Of a stretch of DNA of 64,000 nt, positions 36,933-50,426 are shown in pieces. Under the pieces are notes generated by a model. The model did no database searches. It had not been told where the DNA came from and saw only the letters and a program-made list of their open reading frames with translations. A program made the position numbers and the translations under genes. The stretch is from assembly GCA_030704615.1 (NCBI GenBank), contig CM060732.1, positions 77,810,001-77,874,000 on the forward strand, read 5' to 3'. Position 1 is the first letter of the stretch. Every line of letters starts with the position of its first letter. Origin of the DNA: Takakia lepidozioides (lineage: Eukaryota > Plantae > Bryophyta).

Positions 36933-38242
36933 ATGAGTGATAAAAGAGAAGCTAGACTCCAGAGATATTCAGCAAAAAGAGAAAGCTATCTGAAAGCTAA
37001 TTATCCATATCTTTGGGAGAGAGGAATAGACATAGGGGAATCATCTGGACCTCTCACACCATTAAGATCAGAGAGTACATCACCCATACCGGAAGAACTA
37101 GAGTTGGATGCCACTCCTTCTGTTTCTTTGCAAGAAAAGATTAAGGGAATTGGTACGGGAAGAAGATCAATCACGAGGTGAAAGATCCGAGGTACATCCC
37201 TGGATAAAAGATTTGACATAAATCTTTGATAAGAGTTGGCATGGAACACCAAAAGCAGGAACTCCAGTTTCTGAAGCGGAAGGTGAAGAAGGAGGAGAGG
37301 ATGTGGCAGAGCCAACGGAGAGTTCAGACTCTCCAACACCATTGCAGTTGAGTTACATGAGTGAAGAAGAAACCCAAGGGCAGAACTTGGAGGATGAAAA
37401 CAGAGAGAAGAAATTGGAAGAGGAAGAGTATGAAGAAGTAGAACCAACAGCTGAGGTTGAGACTACAACCAGGACATCCCAATCCGTTGGACTTGGATCA
37501 AGTGGAGCACTTGGATCACAGGCCAATGAAGGTGTCGGCTCAGGGGGATCAGGCGGGCTGCCTGGATCTGGCTCTGGGGGGACAGGGAGTGTGGGAAGTA
37601 GTGCAACTGAAGCTGGGAATACTGTGAATATCGTGGGGCCAGTAGCAGGGAGTGCTCAAGGGCAACCACTTGGTGAAAGATCCACCACAACAACAACAGG
37701 TCCTGAAGGACCAGCACCAGCAAGGGTGCCAGTACCTGTCAGTGGGCAGAAGGTAGGGCCACAGATGGCGTTACAAACCAACACGGGCAAAACCACCTTT
37801 TCCAATATATTCAGGAAAAGGGGATCCCGATGTGCACATTAGCCAATTTGAGCACATGTGTATAGTGAACAGTGAGAATGGCGATGATGCCAAGATGAGA
37901 TTGTTTCCTTGTTCACTTATCAATAAAGCAAGTGAATGGTATGCAAGATTCCCTGATAATCATTTCCTAACCTGGAATGGCTTGAATACAGCATTCCGAA
38001 ATAGGTTCAGGACAAGTAAAACTGAGGATGAAGTGTATGGAAGTTTACAACAGTTAAAGCAAAAGAAGCATGAAACTGTTGAGGAGTATATGGAAAAGAT
38101 GGAATTGATGATGAAAAAGCTGGCTGCAGTACCAGCACCAGGTTTATAGAAGACTTGGTTTGTGAGTGGACTAAGACCAGAGTTGCAAAAGAAAGTGGAT
38201 ATGTTACCCCATAATACAGTGGAGGAGGCATTTGAAACTGCA
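36933..38242 (+). pseudogene. gag of copy B (truncated by rearrangement)
   Basis: HISQFEHMC..KMRLFPCSLINKASEWY..FRNRF..LKQKKHETVEEY..FVSGLRPELQ. Confidence 0.85.
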
Positions 38243-39830
38243 AGCTGTGTTGTCCCTCAAAGCTTTAGCTTCCACCCACTTCGTAGTATAATCAGTGGCT
38301 GTAATTATGTACCTGTTCCGTGTATTCTTGGCTGGTGGGTTAATCGGTCCAACAAAATCTAGTCCCCATTTCTGAAATGGTTCCGTAGGCATTGTAGGAT
38401 GCAAGGCCATCCTTCTAGATCTCTGCAAAGGTCCTAGCCTCTGACATTCATCACAACTCTGACAATACTTGTGTACATCTTTGAACAAAATAGGCCACCA
38501 GTAACCTGCGAGTAGTATCTTCCTACTGGTAGTCTCTTCTCCAAAATGACCTCCAGCCACTCCTTTATGAACTTCCTCCAAAACTTTATTTACTTCATGG
38601 TGGTACAAGCATCGTTTTAGTACTCCATCAGGTCCTAGCTTATACATTCTGCTTCCTACCACAGTATAAGGTAAAGCTTTGATAGCGATTCTCTTCCTCT
38701 GCTCCCTACCATAACTAGGTGGGCATTGACCATGAGTAAGGTAGTATCTGATTGGCCACTGCCAATCTAACCATTCATCTGCACTTCCTTGCACCTCCAT
38801 TACAAATAAACTCGCATCAGGTAACTGATCGTCTATTCCTGTGGCGGCCTCTCCTGTTGTTAGTCGTGACAAATGATCTGCCACAAGATGCAAACGGCCA
38901 GACTTGTAAACAACTTCGAACTCAAACTCATACAAGATTATTAACCACCTCGCTATCCGTCCACTTATCAAAGGTTTGTTCACCAGATATATCAGAGCCT
39001 GGTGATCCACATAAAACATAAACTTTCTTCCCAATAGGTAATGCCTGAATTTCTTGACTGCATAAATCATTGTCAGTGCTTCTCTTTCAGTTGTGCTATA
39101 GTTCCTTTCAGTACTGTTCATCAACCTCCTAGCATAGTACACAGGTGAATCTATATTTCCTGTAACATTCTGGGCTAACACCGCTCCCAACGCTTCTCCT
39201 GATGCATCACAGTGAACATGAAATACCACATGCGAGTGAGGGTTAATAAGCACAGGTGTAGTTGTTACTGACAGTGTAAGTTCCTCAAAAGCCTGTTGAC
39301 ATTCAGCTGTCCATGCAAACACTGCATCTTTCTTCAGAAGCTTGCTCAATGGTGCTGCTATTTGTGCATACCTTTTGACAAATCTTCTGTAATAACTGGT
39401 TTGCCCAAGGAATCTCCTTAGACTTTTAACATTCACTGGTGATGGAGAGGCTTTAATGGCCTCTGTCTTCCTGGGATCCACAAAAAGTCCCCTCTTACAC
39501 ACAATGTGTCCCAGAAGCACCCCTGAGTTCACACAGAAAGTACACTTCTCTGGATTCAGGCCCAGACCTCTCATTCTGCATCTGGCCAGACATAACTCCA
39601 ATTTATGCAAGTGCTCATTCTTAGAGCTGTACACACTGAAATCATCCAAGAACACCTGCATGAAATCATCCAGATACTCATGAAAAGATTCACTTATCAC
39701 TCTCTGAAAGGTTGCTGGTGCATTACAAAGTCCAAAGGGCATGACTTTGTATGCATAAGCACCCCAGTCTGTGATGAAAGCTGTCTTTCCTTGATCTTCT
39801 TCTGCCACTTGCACTTGATTATAACCACTG
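38243..39830 (-). pseudogene. Inverted RT-RNaseH-integrase segment of copy B
   Basis: 536-aa ORF antisense to the element: [48 protein letters not shown]. Confidence 0.93.
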
Positions 39831-40500
39831 GACAGGCAGAGGCTACCAACAAAATACTATGTACTATCTTGGCTAAGATAGTCAATGCAAACAGAACGGA
39901 TTGGGATACAAAGTTGCTGACAGCTTTGTGGTCATACAGGACTTCATATAAAGTCACCACTAAGTATATACCATTCCAATTAGTTTATGGTATGGAAGCC
40001 TTACTTCCAGTGGAATTCCTGTTACCTACCATGAGAACGGAATGGGGAAAGAAAATGGAATTGCAAGATTCCATTAAGGTCAGGAAACATGAATTATACC
40101 ATATGGAAGAAGTACGTGTTGATGCAGCTGATAATATGACTAGAATTCAGATGAAGAGAAAGGAACAGTTTGATGAAGGCAAGTTAAAGACTTTTAAGAC
40201 GGGAGATTTGGTTCTATGGTTGCAGAAGAAAGGAAAGATTAAAGCTTCTAAGCTTAAATCACCATGGAAAGGACCTTATATCATACAAAAGATGTATGAT
40301 AACAACACCGCCATGTTACAAACTATTAACAAAGAGATGTTGGGAAGAGTCAATGCTAATAAGTTGAAGGGGTACAGTGGTATCCATGACAAACCATTGC
40401 AGCATGATTTGCATGTTGAAACGCAAAAGCAGTCGCGGGCTGCACCAGTGATACCAACGGAGTATAGAGCACTTGTCGCTAGGCCGAGCATATATGACCA
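39831..40500 (+). pseudogene. Integrase C-terminal part of copy B
   Basis: [39 protein letters not shown]. Confidence 0.9.
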
Positions 40501-41085
40501 AAGCGGGCAGAACAAGCGCGACACAGCCTATCCCAGCCCATCACGGCGCGACACAGCCTATCACAGCCCATCAAGGCGCGGCACAGCCTATCACAGCCCA
40601 TCACGGTGCGACACAGCATATCACAGCCCAGCACGGAGCAATACAGCCTATCACAACCTACCACAACGTGTCACAGCCTATCACAGCTTACCAGCAAGGA
40701 AAGTCCACTAAAGAAAATTAAATCTAAAATCCAGTCACAGCGGTTATAGCCAATCGAAAGCCAGAAAAGAAATCAAGAAATTGGAGGCAATTTAAGCGCA
40801 AGAGTCGGCGTCGTTCTAAGTAACGGGCGTCTCGACGGGACAAACCATCAATGCTATAGCTTTGAAGCTATGGAGGAACTAACAGACTATACGCTCGCAA
40901 TATTACTTACGCAGTTGCATAGGGACGAAAGAACAGAGCGGATCTTTTCTCTTGATCGATGCTTGCAAGCCCCACAGGCTTACAACAAATTACCCATAGC
41001 TTTTTGTAGCAACCATACGTTTATGCTTTGTGCCCTGCAGGCATTTCTTCAATTGTTACAGCCAAAACATTTCTGGGGGTCTAGA

Positions 41086-44000
41086 ATGAAGAGAGTGAGA
41101 GGAATGGAGGAAATCAGGGTGAAGAGCACCACAACCCTGCAGAAACAAACGATTGCTACTCCACAGGCGATACAGTTACTGAAGGAGCTGAGATTGCAAG
41201 GATTGCAAAGCAAAGATTGGACATTGCACCATAGACAGTACATGTTACAATTCTTGCAGAACTTTGAGCCAAGTACAGGAGCAACAACGGTGAAGGGAGT
41301 TGAATTAGTAATTACTCCCCTATACCTACAGCAATTGTTTCGATTGCCAGCAGGTCAAGTGCATGTGGAGGAGCACAGGGCAAGACTGCAAATAGGGGAC
41401 TTATTCCAAGAAGGGAGTTTCTTTAAAACTCAAGGTTATGCTTGTACCAAGGCCGTGTACCCAGGGCTAAAGGAGGTAGGCTAGGTATTGAACGTTCTGT
41501 TTGCCATGAAACCGAACCAACAGTATTTGAGCAGATCCTTCACAGAGGAAATACTCAAAGCCCTGAGAGGAGAAGAGGTAGAATGGGCGGACATAATGTA
41601 CAACGCACTGGTAGAGGAGATGAAAAGATTACAGGGTACTGCCGCAAAATCTCCTATCATAGTGTCTGGCCCAATCATTGCTCAAATAATTCTTGATTCT
41701 GGCATACTTGATGCTCGAGAAAGAAAGGAGATGGGAGTGTTTGAGCCAGAAACCACTGCAATGGAAGAGCAAGGCTCTTCACACAGTGAGGGTGGACTGG
41801 CAGGGCAACCCGAGAATAAGAGACAGAGGCGGGGAAAGACTGTAGTGGCGGATCCATTGGCTTCACGGAATCCGCATGATAATGTTTCCCAAGCTCTTGT
41901 GCAGGAAGGGGCACAGCAGCACAGAGAACTGCTATTACTGGAAGCATGACCTTCAGAGAGGGAAGAGGAAGTTACTTCAGTATCACAGCCAGAGGATAGG
42001 CTTGTCACAAGGTTACCACAAGTTGTCCATGCAGTTCAACCAAAAATAATTGATTTAGAAAAAGAAGGGTTAGATATTCTCACTACAGAACAGGTGGTGG
42101 CAGAAATTGAGAAGGGGGACCTTCTCTATGAATATTCTGGTATGGTCAAGGACACAGTGATTCCGGAGGTGCAACGGTTGTCCAAGGGAAACCCTGCGGT
42201 GCATATAATACACACACCTGTGACGGAGGTACCACAGGTAGAATGTCAAAACACTACAGCACCGGTGACGGATGAAGTGGTTCAGGAAGAAAATCTGGTG
42301 GGGCAATGGCCTGAATGGTTCGTAAGGCATCACACTGTTGAGGATCAGGAAGAACAGCAGCAAGCTCACCAAGATGACCCTCAACAGGCTATGCTTATGA
42401 GTTCCATAAACAGGATACTGAATTTGTTGGGTACTTATGTCAAATCCCATGTTCCCACTACTCAATTGGCAGCTTTGAGGGAGGAACTCAAGAAAGAGTT
42501 TGAGGCTCGACTTGCCACAGAGTGTGCAAACAAGGTCGATGAAGAGGTGACTCTCAAGATGCAGCAAGACTTGGAGACTACAGAAGCGGCTTTGCAATTG
42601 GCCAAGGAACAATTGATTGAGGCAGGCCTCGCACAAGACCACTTGCACGAAGCACATAAGCAATAGCTATACCAAATGCAGGTGAAACATGAAAACAAGT
42701 TGCAAGAAGTGAATGCACTACATATGGAGTTGCAGACAGTGCATGACAGGATGGCCATACAATGTGCTACACTCACAACTATGCTTGACCAATCTACAAA
42801 AGAAATAAACAGTCAAGCGGAAAAATGTACGAAGGCAGAGGAAGAGAATGTTGAGCAAATGAAACTCATTGTCGATATGAAGAATACAATCTGTCGCAAT
42901 GAGGATACTTTCAAGCAATACAGGCAGGTTGAAGCTGACCAAGAGAGGCACATCCTGGAGTTGCAACAAACAGTCATGGCCAATAGAAATGAAATCTCGG
43001 TCACTAATTATTGGCTTGGAAGGAAGCCAATAATCTGCTTGCTGCCTATGCGAATTTGGTTGAACCTCATGCGAAGCGCATAGAGGCTTTACAACAGCAG
43101 TTAGATGTGTACAAACTCAGAGAGGAGCACACTCTCAGAGGAACCACAAGCAACTTGGTGGATAACCACCTTATGCAGGTCTGGTTAGCACAAGGGCCAG
43201 TGGAGGGCAAAGCACCACGAAAGCTCACCCAAAGCGAGATGAATGAGCTCAGGCTGCAAGTGCAGAACATTGCCACAACTACTATAGACAATGTTTATAG
43301 TAGGATAGCGGAGTTACAGGAGGATGTAGACGGCCTGCAGACTCAAGTGGAGCACCCCACTTCAAATATCGACAAAAGATTCTATATACCTGAGGAACAG
43401 CTAATGGCTTCTTATTTACAAGCCAGAACTTTGGCTTTTCAGTCTTCTTCACAGGAGGTGCAGGAGATGCCAATAGTACAAGAGCAAGTGCCACCAACAC
43501 CACAACAAGTCACTGTGCCAGTAGCTGACCCTGTTGTTACTATAGCCACACGACAGCCACCACAGCCTGAGGTATGGGGGAATGCTGCTTTTAACCCACC
43601 TAAAACTCCAGCTGCAAGGGAGTACAATAGGGCTATGATTATGCCCTTCAACCAAATTCCCATTATGTTAGATTTGGCTTGGAAAGAATTTAGTCATCCG
43701 CAGTCATTGGCACATTATTATCAAATCTTCCGCATTTGGTTGCCAGTGGCAACTAGGACTAAAGTTCTTCCGAACAATCGACCAATTGAGGATCATCACT
43801 TTGCACAGTACTGGCATGAGGCAGGTACCATGTTGAAGGAATTAATTGCCTTCCAAGTTGTACATGGATTCATTTATACCAAGACCCAAGGAGGTAGCAA
43901 GTATTGTCATGGGATGCGGGTTATACTACGCTGCTTGTTTTCTGGTACGTTATCACATTGAGCAGCACAAGATGCAATCGCTCTTTCTGAGTTATTCCAG

Positions 44001-44637
44001 TGGGGATCATTGGGTCTTACCTTTAGTGCCACCTCATATGTACCTATATGAGGCAAAAGTTATGATGCAAAAGGATTCTCAAATTCGTTCATGGTTTCAT
44101 GCGGCCTGGAACAATTTGTCAACACAAAAATTCGGCCCTGACGATATTTTCATTAAAGGACATGAGGCATGGAAATACTTGCACAATTCACAGGTCATTG
44201 GTACCCCACTCACCTGGACAGACAAGGAGCTCAGGGTCTTCACCAATTTTACCATTCAGCGTTTACAGCAAGTTTTAAAGTTTAAACTTCCAGACATGGT
44301 AGGACAACATTGTATGCCCCAGAGGATTCCACAAAAAGTTCGGCAGTTAAAACACCTGAGAGGCGATGAGGATTCAGATACAACTGTTTCTTCAGCGGAC
44401 TCTTTTGACATGGGAGAAGACTATGCAATTCAGATGGCAGAGAAGAAGCGACGGGGGTCTCCTATGCCTGAAAGATTACCTCGATATCAGCCTCCAGAGG
44501 GCCTTACATATCCAGGTAGTGTTCAATCATCTCCGTCAACCAATAACAGACCTCGGGCTCGTACACACAGTCCGCCACGAAACTCTCAACATCAAAAAGG
44601 TGCTCGCTCACAAAGGTTTGCTAATCCCAATCAGTAA
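41086..44637 (+). pseudogene. Large extra 3' ORF of copy B
   Basis: ORFs 40870-41484, 41488-41949, 42094-42666, 42676-43083, 43011-43961 and 43846-44637, homologous to copy A. Confidence 0.8.
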
Positions 44638-44675
44638 ACCGTAAGGACACGGCTTTTTGAGAGGGGAAGGGGTAA

Positions 44676-45622
44676 TGTTGGAGGACTGTCTGGGACTTAG
44701 ACACTTTTACTAGATCTGTGGGGTACCCTTAATTTTTGCATAGACTGAGACCAACAGGAGCCTTAGGGGTGACAGCAGCGCACTTTAGGGGGGGTTGCAC
44801 AGCTCATCACAGCCAACACAGCCCGTCACAGTCCGACACAGCTCGTCACAGCCAACACAGCCCGTCACAGTCCGACACAGCCGACACAGCCGACACAGCC
44901 AGTCAAAGCTCGACACAGCTCGACACAGCTGACACAGTCCAACACAGTCGCACAGCCACTCAAAGCTTGACACAGCTGTCACGACCATAGGGAACGGATA
45001 GCAGGACAGGGAACGACTGTGGGGAACAACATCTGCGAATGGAACATGTTAGTTCACGGGTGACGGTTAGTGAGGGAAACGGTTAGAACAACAGGTAGGA
45101 AGATAAAGCAGGAGCGAGGACTGGAAAAGGATCACTTCTTGGGGGAACTTCGGACATCACTGGGGGAAATGAGGCAGAGAGCGTATCTCGGAGCAGAAAG
45201 AGGGAGAGCACGGAGTAGGAGGAGGATCTGTTGATGCTTGATGAATGCAAGCAGTAGAGTAGTAATGTAGAGCAGATTAGAGACTCCATGGCTTCAGCCT
45301 GATACTTGATAGATATCAATCTGATACACACTTCATACTCACACTGTGTAGAGAGATCTGAGTGAAGTTGTGGAATGAATGGATGAGTTGATGGAATCCG
45401 ATAGATTGATGAAGCAAACTGATACTTAATTACCAACAGTAAGGTAACTAGCTAACATGAATGCGGGAAGGAAAACAAATAGGAAACACCCCCATGATAC
45501 ACTAGCTGTAGGTCATGACTGATTGTTCTGAGCGGGCTGAGTACTTAGAGATTTCCAACTCTTCTATCTTGGAGTTTCCGCCTCGGATAGCAAAGGGATG
45601 GGTGAGTAAAAGCCGCGCGATA
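44676..45622 (+). repeat. 3' LTR, copy B
   Basis: Near-identical to 35386-36322. Confidence 0.95.
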
Positions 45623-45627
45623 CTAGC

Positions 45628-47679
45628 CTTATCAGGCAATGGAACCAATTCAATCCACTTGGAGAAGTGCTCCACCATCACCAACACGTACTTGTTGTGG
45701 CGCATGGTCAGTGGCAACGGCCCTGCGAAGTCAAGACTCCACCTGTAGCCCAATCCCATGATCGGAAGAGGGTGCAATTGTGGAGTAGGGGCGTTGAATG
45801 AAGCACGCACCCTGTCACACACCATGCACCTAGCCACAAATTGTTGCACCTTTGTGTGCATACCACGCCACCAATACTGCCCCTGCAGAAGACTATGAGT
45901 GCGTCGCACCCCAAAATGCCCCAATTCCTCATGGGCATGCCGCACTAACTGTGCCCGCTGTGTTGGGTGAGGCACAATCCTCACTCGACCATCCTCCCAC
46001 ACTCGGAGCAGGTGTGTCCCCTCCCACTTGAACCTCTTGGCTCGTTGTAGGATCCGATCCCTCTCTTTGGCAGTTACAGTGGCTGCAGTGTCTCCAGTGC
46101 GGAGGTAGTCCAACACAACTGAATCCTCATTTATATCTTTGGCGCCACCTTGCTCATTGCTGGCCTCAGGGTCCTCAGACACTTGATCTACAATCATCCC
46201 TGTTGCAGGTCCAACCTGGCCTTCCGCTGCCAAGATACACAGAAATGCAGATGCGTGCCATCCGGGCACCATCTCCTCGTCCGTCTCACCAGGCCACCGA
46301 GCTCCAGTGTCATCCTGCTTGCTCGTGCATGGATTGCGACTCAACCCATCTGCATTGCGATTGACCAAACCCGGTCGATGCACCACCTGAAAGTCATACT
46401 CTTGAAGGATGAGTGCCCACCGTGCAAGCTTCCCCGTAAGCTTGTCTGACTCCATCAACCACTTGATTGGTTGGTGATCCGTGACAAGGGTGAAGAGATT
46501 GCCGTATAGATAGCACCTGAAGTGTGCCACGGCCCACACTACAGCTAAGCATTCTCCCTCATATGAGCTATACTTAGACTCTGCAACGTTGTTTGAGCGG
46601 CTAGCATAAGCCACTACGAACTCTCTTCCCTCATCATCCACCTGTGTGAGCACCGCTCCAACCCCCAGCATGCTCCAATCTGTATGCAGCTGAAAAGGAC
46701 GCCCCCTGATAGGTCGTCTCAAGATGGGCGCCGAGGTCAACCTCGCCTTGAGCTCTTGAAAAGCTTGTTCTTGCTCATCTTCTCACTGCCACTCCTAGTC
46801 CACCTTGGTCAGCTTGGTTGGAGCCTTTGCAATGGCACTAAATCCCTTAACAAACCGTCTATAATAGTTTGCTAACCCCATGAAAGCTCGAACTCGGCTC
46901 ACATCCGTGGGGCGTGGAACCTGTGCAATGGACTCTACCTTAGTCTGCTGTACCCCCAATCCTCCAGGATATATCATGTGACCCAGATACTCAATCTGGT
47001 TGTGGAAAAACTTGCACTTTCCCGGATGTAACTTCAATCCGTGCGCCCTCAAGCGCTCAAATACCCCCTGAAGGTGTCTCTCATGCTCTTCCACCGTAAC
47101 ACTAAAGATGATGATGTCATCTATGTAGCACCGAGCAAACTCCACCCCTGCTAGAATCCTGTCCATGACTCTCTGAAACTCTGCCGGAGCGTTCTTAAGC
47201 CCAAATGGTAAGAACCGCCATTGGTATAGGCAATCCTTCCCGTGCTCATTGATCCCCCAGAATGCCGTCTTTGGCTTATCCGCCTCCTTGATCGGCAACT
47301 GGTGATATCCGGATCGTAAATCCAACATGCTAAAGACCTTGGCATGCCCAATGGCATCAAAGATCTCCTCTGGTGTTGGCATGGCATACCTATCGGACTT
47401 GGTCTAACGATTTTCAGGCCGGTAATCACCGCACATACGTCTCTCCGTCCAATTGCCAAAGACATCCTTCTTGGCTGGCATCACTGTGGCTGAAGCATAC
47501 TCTCCCCCAGATAGCTCCACCAAAGTTCTCATCTGAATCAAGGACCTCTCCATGTCACTGTATCCATAGGGTCTCCGAAGGATTAGCGTGTCAGTAGCCA
47601 ATTCAATGCAAATCTCTTGACCCTTCAGTGCTCCTAAGTCCTTCAAACTGAAGGCAAAGCAGTTCCTGTAAGCCCTCAA
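45628..47679 (-). pseudogene. RT, RNase H and integrase N-terminus of DNMT-Gypsy
   Basis: RRMCGDYR; LDLRSGYHQ; PFGLKNAPAEFQR; YIDDIIIF; HTDWSMLGVGAVL; HEELGH..CMVC; WSLDFAGP. Confidence 0.95.
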
Positions 47680-48099
47680 GAACCGCCGTATACGTCATCT
47701 CTCTCCTCCGGTGACTATAGGTCCAACATCAGGCTCCCAGTTGTCCTCCGTGACTGCAACCTTGAGTCCAGCAGGCTTAGAGGTAGAAGACGCGTCCCGT
47801 GGTTGCTATGCTACAACCTCTTGAGCAGTGACCACTGCCTCCTCTGTCAGTGACAATGTCTCATCCTGCCCCATCATCCCATCCTTGAGGACCTCCTCAA
47901 TCCAAGAAAAATCCCCAACCTGATCCATCACCGCCGCCTTGGCTGCCAACTCCTTCTGAACCTCGAGCACCTCCCACGTATGCCATGGATGCGGCCTGCA
48001 CCTCGTGGTCCTCACCTGCTCGCCCCCACTCGCTGCCCATACCGTCTCGGTAGGCAGGGAGACCATGAAGGGAAGTGTATTCCGTACTCTGCGCTGCTC

Positions 48100-49065
48100 A
48101 GCCATAGCCAAGCTGATAATCCAGGTCAAGCAATTGAGATCCATTGCTTGCCCCAACACCTGACAACGTGATGCCTCAGAAAGAGATGGCACCGCCGTGG
48201 TACCTGTGGTAAAACCCATCGCCCGCTCGCGCTCGTCAACATTGGGCTCCACTAATTGTTGCAACTGGCTATCCCACAAGAGGCCAGGTCCACCATCCCG
48301 AAAAGCATGGGATCCTGGGAAGCTGAGCAGTGTAGGTAATGCTGCTTGTGGTTGACCCACCCTGTTGACCACTGCCAAAGGCGAACGGTCATCGTGTCTC
48401 ACACGTTGAGACTGCCTCCCTGTGTCCAAAATGCTATCCACTGTGAGGTGTGCTGGCCGCTGCATCCCATCAAATGCACGCTTGAGCAGTGCGGGTGGCA
48501 TCAAGTTAGTCCACCATAGCCATGGACGATGAGCCCATGACCCCACTGCAGCTGCATCCAGCAACACTGCTGACCCAAGCCACGACCGGACTTGATGTAC
48601 ATTGGCCATCACCCTGGCCCGAGAATCACCCATCAGTGGCACATTCTCCAAGATGTATGTTGGAGATACAACTTGATGAAGCTGCAAGTGGCGCAAAATC
48701 CGCACCATCTCCCAAAACAGACCCGTCCTCGAGTCTCGCAATCCATTGCCATGCCCGGCTGATGAATGCCCTTGGCAGGGCCAACCTGCCACTACCAGAT
48801 CAATGGAGCCAACTCGCTTCAAATCCTGCGCCCCCAACAACGAAATGTCTGCTGGCAAGGCTTGTTGGTATCCACGAACTGCAGACACTGGCAACAAATC
48901 AGGGTGCTACTGTACCAACTGAGCAACATGGCGCAGTGAGACGCGTCGTGCAGTCTCATCCCTCTCCACATACAGGTAACGTCGAACTCGTACAGCTGCC
49001 TGCAGTACTGCAGCCAATCCAGTGCTAATCCCGCCAAACAAGTCCAGAAGGCATATGTTTTCATC
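48100..49065 (-). pseudogene. DNMT3-like C5-cytosine DNA methyltransferase domain, motifs I-X (one in-frame TAG at 48907)
   Basis: I LLDLFGGISTG; II YVERD; III ADISLL; IV IDLVVAGWPCQG; V RTGLFWEMVRIL; VI YILENV; VIII LDAAAVGSWAHRPWLWWTNL; IX ERERAMGFTTGTT; X RCQVLGQAMD. Confidence 0.93.
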
Positions 49066-49439
49066 CGGGCACTGCCACACAAGAGGTGTGGTGTCCAATG
49101 GCGACAACTGAGGTGGTCCTGGTGCAATCACCGCACTCTCCTCTTCTCCTGACGGTACGAAGGCCTCTACCCAGGCTTGTTGTACCCGTCCATCAGCAGC
49201 CTGCTGCAAATCCTTGCTCGTACTCCATAATGGAGTGTGAGCAACCATGGCAGGCAACTCCGCCGTACCATGCATGTCATCCTGCTCTGCTGGAGGTGGC
49301 ACATCCTCTGCATGGGCATTGCCTTCCAACAACTCTCCAAGCCAACTAACTGCAGCTGTAAAGGCGGCTAGTGTTGGCATCTTGCCCCGCTGGGCAGCCG
49401 CAATACCCCCAATGAATGTCACAGGGAGCTGTGCACGAC

Positions 49440-49810
49440 GACCATCCCCTGACTGCCATCCAGGCCTGTAGGTTGTTGACTCCTCCCAAAAGTCCAGGGT
49501 GAAGCCCATGGGATATAACACTGCCCCACCAACAAGGACATCGTAAGAGACCGCATCTGTCACAATGGCCTTGGCTCGCATCACTGAGCCATCTACAGGA
49601 TGATCTGGTTGTAGTCCAATGGCCAACTCACGCCGTGTCATGCCCCGAGCTTGCTCTGATCCTCCCAGAGATGTCTGTATCTGGAAAGGACAAGGCTCCA
49701 TATCCGCCTCCATGAGGCCAAACCTGCAATAGCAGCTCTGCCCAACATCAGTGGCTGAGCTCCTGAGTCCAACAAGACCCGCAGTGGCCGGTACTTCTTG
49801 CCTGCCGGTC
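49440..49810 (-). pseudogene. Aspartic protease of DNMT-Gypsy
   Basis: RVLLDSGAQPLML...SYDVLVGGAVL (frameshift near 49715). Confidence 0.85.
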
Positions 49811-50426
49811 CACTCAAAGTGAAAATGTCTCTCTGGTTGTCTAACAAGACAACTCCAGGTGTCACCATGGCGCGCTCAAAGGCTGGCCTAGCTGACAGCT
49901 CCATCAACCTGGCAGCTGCAGCTTGCCATGGCACAGCCGTGGCAGTCTTGACCCTCAAATCCGAGGATCCCTCTGCCACTACACCTTCCAGTAACTCCGT
50001 AGAAGATGAAGTGACCTCCCCACTCTCAAAGAGTGTTGCTGCTAGTCTGAACACTGAAGCTGGTCTTACCCCCGCCGTCGCAATCATGGTTGCCAAGAAC
50101 AGTGGGGCTTGACACATAGAGGTGGTTGCCCCCAATAACACACCGGCTGCACTAGCCTTGGTAGAAGGTGTCAGTGCTGCACGTGTAGCTCTCCCCAATG
50201 GCATAGTAACCTCCGCCTCGGTAACAGTCGGGCGAGAACTAGGTGCCATGGATGGCGTCGACACTGTCTCTGCCAATGTGAATGACTGAGGAAGCCTCGC
50301 CTGACGACTTGCCTCCCCACGCCGTGGATCCAATTCCACCTCTACACCTCGTGGCTCAGGAACTCGTGCTGCTCCTCGAGTCACGGCTGCACCAGACTCC
50401 ACCTGCACTAGTGGTAGTGCTGCTCC

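Larger units (their letters stand above)
35386..45622 (+). mobile_element. Full-length Tat/Ogre-like Gypsy element, copy B, nested in the DNMT-Gypsy integrase
   Basis: LTRs 35386-36322 and 44676-45622 (final CA mutated to TA); TSD CTAGC at 35381-35385 and 45623-45627; PBS 36325-36342; PPT 44659-44675. Confidence 0.96.

Noticed and set aside
39605-40711. 368-aa ORF as a real gene
   Set aside because: Chimera of antisense RT, integrase tail and tandem repeat, created by the inversion junction
47806-49065. Host DNMT3/DRM gene or bacterial restriction-modification methyltransferase
   Set aside because: Intronless, in frame within pol, and present in two element copies; no PWWP, ADD or UBA domain and no cognate endonuclease
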